Positions 41,801 to 51,010 of a stretch of 64,000 nt of DNA are shown in pieces; the first letter of the stretch is position 1; every line of letters begins with the position of its first letter. The stretch lies in the NCBI GenBank assembly GCA_965213675.1, contig OZ243916.1, positions 1,536,001 to 1,600,000 of the forward strand, in the 5' to 3' direction. The notes under the pieces are model-generated. The model ran no database searches, was not told where the DNA came from, and was given only the letters and a program-made list of their open reading frames with translations. The position numbers were made by a program, and so were the translations under genes. The stretch comes from an uncultured Candidatus Binatia bacterium (GTDB lineage Bacteria > Desulfobacterota > Binatia > UBA9968 > JAJDTQ01).

Positions 41801-43603
41801 GATCTCCGTGGATTCCGAGGCGTGATTGCCTCGGCCTCATTGAAGCAGTAAAGTCTCCCGACTCCATCAGCGTCCGTTCGTTATGATTCCGAGGCGTGAT
41901 TGCCTCGGCCTCATTGAAGCCGAGGTAGCCTGCGCCGAACAATCCGAGGAGGCCGGCAGGATTCCGAGGCGTGATTGCCTCGGCCTCATTGAAGCGCGGA
42001 ACAATCGGGTTTCCATGAATTAAGGGAGGCAAGGACGATTCCGAGGCGTGATTGCCTCGGCCTCATTGAAGCGAATTTGTCAAGGCAATTGACACGGCGC
42101 TGTCACGCGGGATTCCGAGGCGTGATTGCCTCGGCCTCATTGAAGCGTGCGGCTGTCGGGCGGGGGTGGATCAAGCGAGGGGAGATTCCGAGGCGTGATT
42201 GCCTCGGCCTCATTGAAGCCAGCGGCGCGGCTTTCGCAGGTTCGAGGCGGTAGAGATGATTCCGAGGCGTGATTGCCTCGGCCTCATTGAAGCCTCGCTA
42301 CACACCACGCAGTACACTGGCTCCTCGCCGATTCCGAGGCGTGATTGCCTCGGCCTCATTGAAGCCGGGAATCAGCGACTTGACGAGAAGCCAGCCTGTC
42401 TCGATTCCGAGGCGTGATTGCCTCGGCCTCATTGAAGCCACCGGGTTCAGGGTGGTGTTGACGCTTGGCGTGGATGATTCCGAGGCGTGATTGCCTCGGC
42501 CTCATTGAAGCCATACGATCCGAGAAAGTTACTTCTTTTGGACCCCACCGATTCCGAGGCGTGATTGCCTCGGCCTCATTGAAGCAGGAATATGCACGCC
42601 ATTGAAGAGAACATAGCGCAGATTCCGAGGCGTGATTGCCTCGGCCTCATTGAAGCCAATATTCTTGTTGACAACCACGACATCCGAATCGAAGGGGATT
42701 CCGAGGCGTGATTGCCTCGGCCTCATTGAAGCCCGACGCCGTACCAACCGGTTACAGCGCGGGGGCCGTGATTCCGAGGCGTGATTGCCTCGGCCTCATT
42801 GAAGCATCGAGACTCCGGCCCGCCTCCACCAGCGTCCGAAACGGATTCCGAGGCGTGATTGCCTCGGCCTCATTGAAGCCCGACATGATGGAGGATATTC
42901 AAGGCCAGGAAATCGCGGATTCCGAGGCGTGATTGCCTCGGCCTCATTGAAGCCGATCCTCCTTCGTAGAGATCTTCTCCACGTAGTAAGTGATTCCGAG
43001 GCGTGATTGCCTCGGCCTCATTGAAGCAAGTAGCCACCGCATCGAGGTTGCCGCCTCGCGCACCCGATTCCGAGGCGTGATTGCCTCGGCCTCATTGAAG
43101 CGCCACCCCTTGTGTATGGTCGGCGGCGGATGCGGCGGATTCCGAGGCGTGATTGCCTCGGCCTCATTGAAGCTGGTGGACCAGACTTCGGCCGCGCTGA
43201 CAAAGGCCGGGCGATTCCGAGGCGTGATTGCCTCGGCCTCATTGAAGCTCCTCATCCGCGTCCCCGTCCAGTGTGGGCGGTTCGGATTCCGAGGCGTGAT
43301 TGCCTCGGCCTCATTGAAGCGCGGCGATGTGGCCGTGGTGGATCGTGGCGACATGGACGATTCCGAGGCGTGATTGCCTCGGCCTCATTGAAGCGTGAGC
43401 GTCTTCGCCGGGTCGCCGATCACATCCAACGCGATTCCGAGGCGTGATTGCCTCGGCCTCATTGAAGCTTCTCCTGCTCGATCTGCGCCTTCGCCTTGTC
43501 GGCAAGATTCCGAGGCGTGATTGCCTCGGCCTCATTGAAGCCTCCTTGAAATGTGGTTGAAGTAATATGTGGCCACGATTCCGAGGCGTGATTGCCTCGG
43601 CCT
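38802..43603 (+). CRISPR. CRISPR array: repeat GATTCCGAGGCGTGATTGCCTCGGCCTCATTGAAGC (36 bp), 65 full repeats plus one truncated, 65 spacers of about 35-41 nt
   Basis: Counted manually. 7-bp stem CCGAGGC/GCCTCGG and 3' ATTGAAGC handle. Spacers 27 and 28 are identical. The last repeat (43577-43603) is cut after 27 nt. Confidence 0.98.
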
Positions 43604-43817
43604 TGTAGCGGACAACTGTAAATGTCCCATTTGTGTCAATCGAAAATGTCCCACATTGAAGATTGCGAGGAGGTGTACGTCGGGCCAGTCTGTTGGCAAA
43701 AGCCAACAGGAATGGAGCGGCGAACCGATGCACGGATGGGAGACGAGGATGCTGCTCAGGCACTACCTAGAGCAAGGTGTAACGAAGACGGAGCTGTCGT
43801 GGCGGTTCGGGCTGAGT
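43604..43817 (+). mobile_element. IS21-family remnant (left end plus 5' stub of istA) inserted into a CRISPR repeat
   Basis: Begins TGT with repeated AAATGTCCCA sub-motifs typical of IS21 ends; the ORF from 43728, MHGWETRMLLRHYLEQGVTKTELSWRFGLS, resembles the N-terminal HTH of IstA and then breaks off. Confidence 0.75.
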
Positions 43818-43994
43818 GAGGTGGTCATGGTGTTCTCCTGAAAGGTTGGTTATCCGTAAACACGAACCTATTCCTTCCAGGAGCGGTGTCGCCACCGCCG
43901 GCGCCCTCCTCGCTTGCCTTTGGACGCTGATGGCGGGACTGTCACGTGATTACCGTCTCAATACACACTGGCGGTGTCCCCGCCCACGCCCCGC

Positions 43995-44022
43995 CTGGAT
44001 TCCCGCTTTCGCGGGAATGACG
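43995..44022. repeat. REP-like palindromic element (CTGGATTCCCGCTTTCGCGGGAATGACG)
   Basis: ATTCCCGC/GCGGGAAT stem; matches the widespread proteobacterial GTCATTCCCGCGAAAGCGGGAATCC repeat type. Confidence 0.75.
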
Positions 44023-44094
44023 CTTCGTAGGCCGTGTTTCGAATCGCTCTTCACGAACTATTTTGCAACATTGGGATTTGGCTGACACGCTCGA

Positions 44095-44130
44095 GATTCC
44101 GAGGCGTGATTGCCTCGGCCTCTTTGAAGC
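44095..44130 (+). CRISPR. Stranded terminal CRISPR repeat with one mismatch (…CCTCTTTGAAGC)
   Basis: 35/36 identity to the array repeat, about 490 bp past the truncated repeat. Confidence 0.9.
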
Positions 44131-44233
44131 AGGCCGCTCCCTTACTTCGGTACGGTTGGCGATAACAAACCGGCTTGACATCACATCTGGCCGGTCCAAT
44201 AATCCAGCCATGACAACTGGACGAGGATACGGG

Positions 44234-44485
44234 TTGGCGGAGTGGCCGCTGCAAGATGGGCGGAACAGATTCAGGGCCATGCTGGACGCGGCACGGCCAA
44301 GTGTGCCGCAACGAATGACCCGACGCGGCAAACCCGTCGTCGTGTTGGCCGTCGATGAATTTGAGTGCCTGCGCCACGTCGAGAGGGCGAGGGCGCCTGG
44401 ATTCGCGGAGTTGCTGCGCGCGATTCCACAGGATGGGGCGTATCTCGACCGGCTTGCATCGCCGTCACGGCCAGTGGACGCCTGA
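44234..44485 (+). CDS. Phd/YefM-family antitoxin (possibly decaying)
   Basis: EWPLQDGRNRFRAMLDAA..PQRMTRRGKPVVVL; GAGGA RBS before TTG; TGATG coupling to the PIN remnant. Confidence 0.75.
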   Translation: MAEWPLQDGRNRFRAMLDAARPSVPQRMTRRGKPVVVLAVDEFECLRHVERARAPGFAELLRAIPQDGAYLDRLASPSRPVDA

Positions 44486-44661
44486 TGTTTTTGATCGACA
44501 TGGATGTCTTGACCGCCCTCAGGAAGAGCGAACGTAACCCCGCGGATTTGCTGCGCGCGGCCACCGCACTCGAACATGGGCTGACCGTGATGACTTGCAA
44601 CATCCGCCACTTCAAAGCTGCCGGCGTCCCTGTGGACGACCCGCCCGCACCCCGCTCCTGA
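44485..44661 (+). pseudogene. vapC: VapC/PIN toxin with a large in-frame internal deletion
   Basis: N-terminal MFLIDMDVLTALRK is joined directly to C-terminal ADLLRAATALEHGLTVMTCNIRHF; only 58 aa versus about 135 expected. Confidence 0.8.
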
Positions 44662-44711
44662 TCCACGTCACCGTGTTCCCATGCAATTCCACACAACCCG
44701 GAGATTTCTCG

Positions 44712-46994
44712 ATGATGAAATACGTCGGCCGATCAGTCCGCAGCCTGGACGCGGATGAAAAAGTCACCGGCACGGCCGTCTACACGGCGGACCTCACCAT
44801 GCCGGGCATGAAGTTCGCCCGGATCGTGTCGAGCCCTCACGCCCATGCGCGCATCGACGGTTTCGACCTCGACGCGGCGCGGGCGGTGCCGGGTGTGTGC
44901 GCCGTCGTGACGTACGGCAGCCTGGAGATCGGGCGGCTGGGTTGCATTCGGGCGCTCAAGCTCTATGGGCAATCGGTCAAGGACCGCCCGGTGCTGGCCC
45001 ACGGGAAGACCCGCTTTCAGGGGGAGCCGGTGGCCATCGTGGTGGCGGACAGCGAGACCGCGGCGGTGGAGGGGGCGGCGCGGGTGGAGGTGCGATACAC
45101 GCCGCTGCCGGAGGTGGCCGACGTGATGCCCGCCATCGAGGGCGGCACACTGGTGCACGACGCTGGCGCGGTGTACGACACCGAGGGCGCCGACGACTTC
45201 GAATACGACTACGCCCACAACCACTGCGGCGGCACCCACTTCATGGAAGGCGATCCGGAGCGCGCCTTTGGCGAGGCCGCCCGGGTCATCGAGGACCGCT
45301 TCACGTTCCCGTCGCTGTTCCACTATCCCATGGAGCCCCACTGCGCCGTGGCCATGGTGGACGAGTCTTCGGTCACCGTGCACAGCTCCTCCCAGGCGCC
45401 CTTTCCGGTGCGCGACGAGCTGGCGCGCATGTTCGGGCTGGAGCCCGGGCAGGTGACGGTGAAGGTGCCCTACGTGGGCGGCGGCTTCGGCGCCAAGGGA
45501 CACGTGAGCATGGAGCATCTGGCCGTGCTGGCGGCGGCCGCCACCGGGGCGCCGGTGCAGCTTCGCCTGTCCATGGAGGAAACCGCGTTCACCGCCCGGC
45601 GCCATCCGGCCGAGATCGCCATCCGCACCGGCATCAGGGAAGATGGCACGCTCTTGTGCCGCGAGGCGAAGATCTACCTCGACACCGGTGCCTACGCGGA
45701 TTTCGGCATTCAGGTGACGCGCAAGGCCGCGTTCCGCTCGGTGGGACCCTACCGCGTGGAACACGCGCGCGCCGATTGCTACTCGGTGTACACCAACAAG
45801 GTGCCCGCCGGGGCCTTTCGCGGCATCGGCAGCGTGCAGCTCGGCTGGGCGTGCGAGGCGCATACCGACCACATCTGCGCCGAACTGGGCTACGACCCCA
45901 TCGAGTTCCGCCGCAAGAACCTGCTGCGCTCCGGCGAGAAGTACGTGCTCGGGGGACCGCCCCTGGATGGCAGCCCGCTGGACACGTTTCAGGTGTGCCT
46001 GGAACGCTTCGAGGCGTCCCGGCGGGAACGCGCGCCGGAGTCCCTGGCCCGGCCGGGGGAAAAGATCGGCACCGGCATCGCCTGCGCCATCAAGGACCTG
46101 TCCACCACCCTGTACAACGCCCGCATCGTCTTCGAGGACGACGCCACCTTTACCGTGCATGCCAACGCCCCGGAGATCGGCGGCGGCGCCAAGACCGTGC
46201 TGGCGCAGACCGCGGCCGAAGTGCTGGGCGTCGGCATCGAGCGGATCACCATCGCCCCCTACGACACCAGCACCGCGCCCGGCGCCTCCGGCGTCTACGG
46301 CAGCCGCATCACCGTGCTCATGGGCAACGCGGTGAAGCGCGCGTCCGAAGAACTGCGGGAGCTGCTGCTGCAACAGGCCGCGGCCCTCACCGACCGGGAC
46401 GTGCAGAACCTCTCGCTGGACGACGGCGTGTTTTCGAACAGCGGCGAGCCGGTGATGAACCTGGAGGAACTGGCGGAACGCACCACGGGCACGCTGGTGG
46501 GCCGGGGCATGGACAAGGCCCTCACCCGCGACCGCATCGACATCCGCACCTGGGAGATCAACGCAGGCATCGCGGTGATGGCGGTGGATCCCGAAACCGG
46601 CCGCACACGCTGTCTGAGCTACGTTTCCTCGGCCGACATCGGCCAAGCCATGCACCCGCTGCGGTGCGAGGGCCAGGAGCAGGGCTCGGTCATGTTCGGC
46701 ATGGGCAACTCCCTCACCGAGGAACAGGTGTTCGACGGCGCCCTGCTGCTGAACCCCAGCGCCATCGACTACGCGCTGCCGCGCTTCAAGGACCTGCCCG
46801 CGGTGTTCGACTCGGTCCTCATCGAGAACGGTGATGGCCCCGGCCCCTTCGGCAGCAAGGGCATGGCCGAAGGCGGCCTCGCCCCGGTGGCCCCCGCCAT
46901 CGCCGCCGCCCTGTACAATGCTGTGGGCGTGGTGGTGCGTGACCTGCCCATGAGCCCCGAGCGGGTGTACCGTCTGATGGATGACGGACGCTGA
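44712..46994 (+). CDS. Xanthine dehydrogenase-family molybdopterin-binding subunit
   Basis: EKVTGTAVY, SPHAHARI, VGGGFGAKG, GAFRGIG, GPFGSKGMAE motifs. Confidence 0.92.
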   Translation: MMKYVGRSVRSLDADEKVTGTAVYTADLTMPGMKFARIVSSPHAHARIDGFDLDAARAVPGVCAVVTYGSLEIGRLGCIRALKLYGQSVKDRPVLAHGKTRFQGEPVAIVVADSETAAVEGAARVEVRYTPLPEVADVMPAIEGGTLVHDAGAVYDTEGADDFEYDYAHNHCGGTHFMEGDPERAFGEAARVIEDRFTFPSLFHYPMEPHCAVAMVDESSVTVHSSSQAPFPVRDELARMFGLEPGQVTVKVPYVGGGFGAKGHVSMEHLAVLAAAATGAPVQLRLSMEETAFTARRHPAEIAIRTGIREDGTLLCREAKIYLDTGAYADFGIQVTRKAAFRSVGPYRVEHARADCYSVYTNKVPAGAFRGIGSVQLGWACEAHTDHICAELGYDPIEFRRKNLLRSGEKYVLGGPPLDGSPLDTFQVCLERFEASRRERAPESLARPGEKIGTGIACAIKDLSTTLYNARIVFEDDATFTVHANAPEIGGGAKTVLAQTAAEVLGVGIERITIAPYDTSTAPGASGVYGSRITVLMGNAVKRASEELRELLLQQAAALTDRDVQNLSLDDGVFSNSGEPVMNLEELAERTTGTLVGRGMDKALTRDRIDIRTWEINAGIAVMAVDPETGRTRCLSYVSSADIGQAMHPLRCEGQEQGSVMFGMGNSLTEEQVFDGALLLNPSAIDYALPRFKDLPAVFDSVLIENGDGPGPFGSKGMAEGGLAPVAPAIAAALYNAVGVVVRDLPMSPERVYRLMDDGR

Positions 46995-47072
46995 GGCGAA
47001 ACCGGGCGGTTCGCGTGGGCCCGGACCGTCACTCCATTTGGCGTTCGCCCCAAGTCACGTTAAACTACCGAC

Positions 47073-47264
47073 ATGGCTCAACCGAGAACAACCTTCGCCA
47101 AGCGCCAACGGGAGCGCGCGAAGCAAGAGAAGAAAGAGGAGAAGGCCAGACGGCGCGCCGAGCGCAAGGAAGCGCGGCAGGATCGGCCGGAACGCGGCGA
47201 TGACGTCGATCCCGACATCGCGGATATCGTTCCCGGCCCGCAGCCTCCCATTGAGGACCTCTGA
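47073..47264 (+). CDS. Small basic/acidic hypothetical protein
   Basis: KRQRE..K.EKK.EK..RR and DPDIADIVPGPQP; coding-like codon use; next to RNA-metabolism genes. Confidence 0.75.
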   Translation: MAQPRTTFAKRQRERAKQEKKEEKARRRAERKEARQDRPERGDDVDPDIADIVPGPQPPIEDL

Positions 47265-47372
47265 TCGCGAGTCGGCCATTGAGTCGTCTGCCAATCCGTC
47301 ATCTTCGGTTCACTACCGGCATCGTCACTGGTAGGGGCGTGGTGGGCCGTTGCGACCGCCCGCCCGCGCCCG

Positions 47373-47401
47373 TTGACACGGACGCCGGATGCCGCTACAG
47401 T
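47373..47401 (+). promoter_or_regulatory. Sigma70-type promoter upstream of the RRM gene
   Basis: TTGACA-17 nt-TACAGT. Confidence 0.6.
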
Positions 47402-47411
47402 TCCTGTTCAA

Positions 47412-47458
47412 GTTGTGTTCCAGCCTAACGTTGTGTTCCAGCCCGTTGTGTTCCAGCC
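47412..47458 (+). repeat. Three copies of GTTGTGTTCCAGCC in the predicted 5' UTR
   Basis: Copies at 47412, 47430 and 47445. Confidence 0.85.
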
Positions 47459-47591
47459 TAGTCTTCCCGCCAAAGCACCAGTCGAAAGCAAAAATCACCA
47501 CGTGCCGTGAAGGACGCATGTTCTTGCCCAAGGCGGCGGTCCCAGGGTCGGACAGACTGGTTTTCTTTTGTATCAACCATTGGAGAGAAAC

Positions 47592-47924
47592 ATGAGTCAG
47601 AAATTGTACGTGGGCGGTTTGCCCTATTCCGTAACAGATGGCCAGCTCGAGGAGATTTTCACCGAGCACGGGACCGTAGAGTCCGCCACGGTCATCGCGG
47701 ACAAGTTCACCGGCCAGTCGCGCGGCTTCGGTTTCGTGGAAATGGGTTCGAGCGACGAGTGCCAGAAGGCCATCGACGCGCTCAACGGCAAAGAGCTTCA
47801 GGGCCGTACGCTCACGGTGAACGAGGCACGGCCGCAGGAACGACGGTCCGGTTTTGGTAACGCGGGAGGCGGCGGCGGAGGAGGAAACCGGCGGTCGGGC
47901 GGAGGCAGGCCGGGCCGCTGGTAG
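47592..47924 (+). CDS. RRM (RNP-1) RNA-binding protein with Gly/Arg-rich tail
   Basis: KLYVGGL (RNP2), RGFGFVEM (RNP1), VNEARP. Confidence 0.95.
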   Translation: MSQKLYVGGLPYSVTDGQLEEIFTEHGTVESATVIADKFTGQSRGFGFVEMGSSDECQKAIDALNGKELQGRTLTVNEARPQERRSGFGNAGGGGGGGNRRSGGGRPGRW

Positions 47925-47955
47925 CGGCACCCGTATTCTGCTAGCCAACCCACCC

Positions 47956-47983
47956 AACTTGGCGGTCACGGGACCGCCAAGTT
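47956..47983. terminator. Perfect 12-bp stem-loop between the RRM and DEAD-box genes
   Basis: AACTTGGCGGTC-ACGG-GACCGCCAAGTT; no clear U-tract, so it may be a stability or processing element. Confidence 0.5.
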
Positions 47984-48092
47984 CCACAACCCAAGTCTCA
48001 TATCCCAAGTCTCAATTCCTTGGCTGAAGGATGTGGATCCTCGGCCACCAACAATTCTCCCAATACGGACTCGCCACCCAAAGAAATCATTT

Positions 48093-49394
48093 ATGCCAAA
48101 CTCAGACTCCCCCTCCTTCGACACATTCGGTCTGTCCGACCCCCTGCTCAAGGATCTCGCCAGGGTCGGCTTCGTTTCCCCCACTCCCATACAGGCAAAG
48201 GCTCTGCCCGCGGCGCTCGAAGGCCGCGATGTCCTCGGCTGCGCGCAGACCGGAACGGGCAAGACCGCGGCGTTCGTGATCCCCATGGTGGAGCGGCTCG
48301 CGGGCTCGCCGGAGGGACCGCCCCGAGGCTTGATTCTGGCGCCGACCCGCGAACTGGCGTACCAGATCCAGGAGACCATCGACCAGCTCGGACACGCGCT
48401 GCGGGTATACGCCACCACCGTGGTGGGCGGCGCGGACATGCAGGCGCAACTACGCGGCCTCGGGCGGCACCCCGAGATCGTGGTGGCCACGCCGGGCCGG
48501 CTGCTGGACCTGATGTGGGACGGGCATCTCGACTTGAGAGACGTGGAAGTGGTGGTCCTGGACGAGGCCGACCGCATGCTCGACATGGGCTTTGCCGATC
48601 AACTGAACCAGGTCATCGACGCGCTCCCGCCCGAACGGCAGAGCTTCCTCTACTCCGCCACCCTGCCCACCGACCTGCGGGAGCTGGTGCGCATGTCGCT
48701 GCGGGATCCGTTCAAGGCGGTGGTCGCAAGGCCCGCCACACCCGCGGACGGCGTCACCCACACGCTCCACAACACCACGCCGGGGGCCAAGACATCGCTC
48801 CTGCTGTCGCTTCTCAAGGACAACCACGAATCCGTGCTCGTCTTCACCCGCACCAAGAGCCGCGCCGACCTCATCGCCGAAACCCTGCGGCGCAGCGGCC
48901 ATCGCGCCGCCGAGATCCACGGCAACCTGTCGCTGGAACGGCGCCGCGGCGCCCTCGAAGGGTTCCGCCGGGGCCGCCACCGCATCCTCGTGGCCACCGA
49001 CATCGCCGCCCGCGGCCTCGACATCGACAACATCGGTCACGTCATCAACTACGACCTCCCCTACACGCCGGAGGACTACGTGCACCGCATCGGCCGCACC
49101 GCGCGCATGGCCGCCGTCGGCCGGGCCACGAGCTTCGCCACCGCCGCGGACAGCAAGTCCGTGCTGGCCATCGAGAAGATCCTCGGGCAATCCATCCCGA
49201 GGCCATCGGAAGGACACCCGGGCAAAATGCGCCCGAACCGCAACGCGGGCCCGGAAGCCCCCGACGCCAAGCGCACCCCTCCCGCCGCCAAACGCCGCCG
49301 GCCGCGCAAGCGGTCCAGTCAGTCCGGCGCGCGCCGCGAGCCGCATGCGGAGGCTGCCCCCCGGCAAGCCGCACCGGTCACCGAACAGCCGTAG
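48093..49394 (+). CDS. DEAD-box RNA helicase (RhlE-like)
   Basis: [34 protein letters not shown]; basic C-terminal tail. Confidence 0.95.
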   Translation: MPNSDSPSFDTFGLSDPLLKDLARVGFVSPTPIQAKALPAALEGRDVLGCAQTGTGKTAAFVIPMVERLAGSPEGPPRGLILAPTRELAYQIQETIDQLGHALRVYATTVVGGADMQAQLRGLGRHPEIVVATPGRLLDLMWDGHLDLRDVEVVVLDEADRMLDMGFADQLNQVIDALPPERQSFLYSATLPTDLRELVRMSLRDPFKAVVARPATPADGVTHTLHNTTPGAKTSLLLSLLKDNHESVLVFTRTKSRADLIAETLRRSGHRAAEIHGNLSLERRRGALEGFRRGRHRILVATDIAARGLDIDNIGHVINYDLPYTPEDYVHRIGRTARMAAVGRATSFATAADSKSVLAIEKILGQSIPRPSEGHPGKMRPNRNAGPEAPDAKRTPPAAKRRRPRKRSSQSGARREPHAEAAPRQAAPVTEQP

Positions 49395-49588
49395 CCGGCC
49401 GGCTTCAAGCGCTTGACGAAAATGCGCGGGAGTGCTTGAAGTCGTTGCGGAAAGTTTCCCGCTTTCGTGGACGTGAAGCAGTGGCATTGTGCCCGCCCCG
49501 TGAATTTCGAAGCAGCCTGTCTCGCGGCATCGACCTGATTGGCGCGAAGAGACCCTGCCCGCAGTGGCGCGACTCTGACGAGGAATCC

Positions 49589-50065
49589 ATGGAACATCCC
49601 GCAAGAACCATCCACATTACCGTGAACGGCACGGCGCACGCGGCCGAAGTGGAGCCGCGTCTACTGCTGGTGCACTTTCTACGCGAGAACCTGGGACTCA
49701 CGGGCACCCACGTGGGCTGCGACACGAGCCAGTGCGGCGCGTGCACCGTGCACCTCGACGGGGCCGCGGTGAAGTCCTGCACCGTACTGGCGGTGCAGGC
49801 CGACGGCGCCGGGGTCACCACCATCGAGGGCATGGCGGACGGCGCCACCCTGCACCCGATACAGGCGGCCTTTCAGGAAGAACACGGCCTCCAGTGCGGT
49901 TTTTGCACGCCGGGCATGGTGATGACCGCCGCGCATCTGCTGGAGACCCAGCCCGATGCGGACGACGACGCCATCAAGCACGCCTTGGAGGGGAACCTGT
50001 GCCGCTGCACCGGCTATGTGAACATCGTCAAGGCCATCCGCGCGGCGGCCGGGCAACTGAGGTAA
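49589..50065 (+). CDS. CoxS/CutS-like 2Fe-2S subunit
   Basis: [29 protein letters not shown]. Real start is MEHPART (AGGA RBS), not 48020. Confidence 0.93.
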   Translation: MEHPARTIHITVNGTAHAAEVEPRLLLVHFLRENLGLTGTHVGCDTSQCGACTVHLDGAAVKSCTVLAVQADGAGVTTIEGMADGATLHPIQAAFQEEHGLQCGFCTPGMVMTAAHLLETQPDADDDAIKHALEGNLCRCTGYVNIVKAIRAAAGQLR

Positions 50066-50071
50066 CCGCAC

Positions 50072-50935
50072 ATGCATCCAGCCAGCTTCGGATATGAGGC
50101 GCCGGGCTCCCTTCAGGAAGCCTTCGGCCTTTTGCGGCAACACGGGGAAGACGCCAAGCTCCTGGCGGGAGGACACAGCCTGCTGCCCGCCATGAAGCTG
50201 CGCCTGACCCAGCCCGAGGTGCTAATCGACCTGAGCCGGATCCCCGGGCTGCGCGGCATCCGGCAGGACGGGGACAACCTGATCATCGGCGCCCTGACGA
50301 CCCACACCGAGGTTTCCACGTCGGAGACGATTCGGAGCCTTCTGCCGGGCCTGGCGGACACGGCTTCGGTCATCGGCGATTTGCAGGTGCGGAATCGCGG
50401 CACCATGGGCGGCAGCGTCGCTCACGCCGATCCCGGCGCCGATCTGCCTGTGACGCTCACCGCGCTGGGCGCGTCGTTCGTGCTCACCGCGGCCGGCGGC
50501 GAGCGCACGGTGGCGGCGGGCGACTTCTTTGTGGATTTCTTCACCACGGCCCTGGAGCCCGACGAGGTCCTCACGGCCATCCGGATCCCGCTGCCGGTCA
50601 CCCCCGCCGCGACGAGCTACGCCAAGCTGCCGCACCCGGCCTCGGGCTACGTGGTGGTGAGCGCGGCGGCGGCGCTGACCATGGACGGCGCCGGCGCGTG
50701 CACCGGCGCGCGCGTCGTTCTGGGCGGCGTGGGCGGAACGCCGCACCGGGCCACGGGGAGCGAAACCGCACTGGAAGGCCAGCCGCTGACGCCCGAGGTG
50801 ATGGCGGCAGCGGCCGCGCGCGCCGCGGAAGGCATCGACCCGCACGCCGATTCCTACGCCGACGAGGAATACAAGCGCCACATGGCCGTGGTTTACGCGC
50901 GCCGCGCCATCGAAGCGGCGGCCGCGCGAAGGTAG
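50072..50935 (+). CDS. CoxM/CutM-like FAD-binding subunit
   Basis: LAGGHSLLPAMKLR, QVRNRGTMGG, HADPGAD. Confidence 0.93.
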   Translation: MHPASFGYEAPGSLQEAFGLLRQHGEDAKLLAGGHSLLPAMKLRLTQPEVLIDLSRIPGLRGIRQDGDNLIIGALTTHTEVSTSETIRSLLPGLADTASVIGDLQVRNRGTMGGSVAHADPGADLPVTLTALGASFVLTAAGGERTVAAGDFFVDFFTTALEPDEVLTAIRIPLPVTPAATSYAKLPHPASGYVVVSAAAALTMDGAGACTGARVVLGGVGGTPHRATGSETALEGQPLTPEVMAAAAARAAEGIDPHADSYADEEYKRHMAVVYARRAIEAAAARR

Positions 50936-51010
50936 AAACGTGTTGGCGGCTGCGGCCGCGCCTGTTCCACGGCGAAAGCCTGTTCCACAGCGAAGGACAG
51001 AGGACACCTC

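Noticed and set aside
42586-42620. CATTGAAG inside spacer 52 resembling the repeat 3' end
   Set aside because: An 8-nt match without the hairpin; likely coincidental.
38802-43603. Self-targeting spacers within this window
   Set aside because: None noticed by eye; an exhaustive alignment could not be run, so this is unproven rather than excluded.
38922-43763. Repetitive ORFs (MRPRQSRLGI, IPRRDCLGLIEA)
   Set aside because: Translations of CRISPR repeats, not proteins.
48020-50065. 681-aa ORF suggesting a long N-terminal fusion to CoxS
   Set aside because: The N-terminal part is an alternative frame over the DEAD-box gene; the true CoxS-like start is 49589 with its own RBS.
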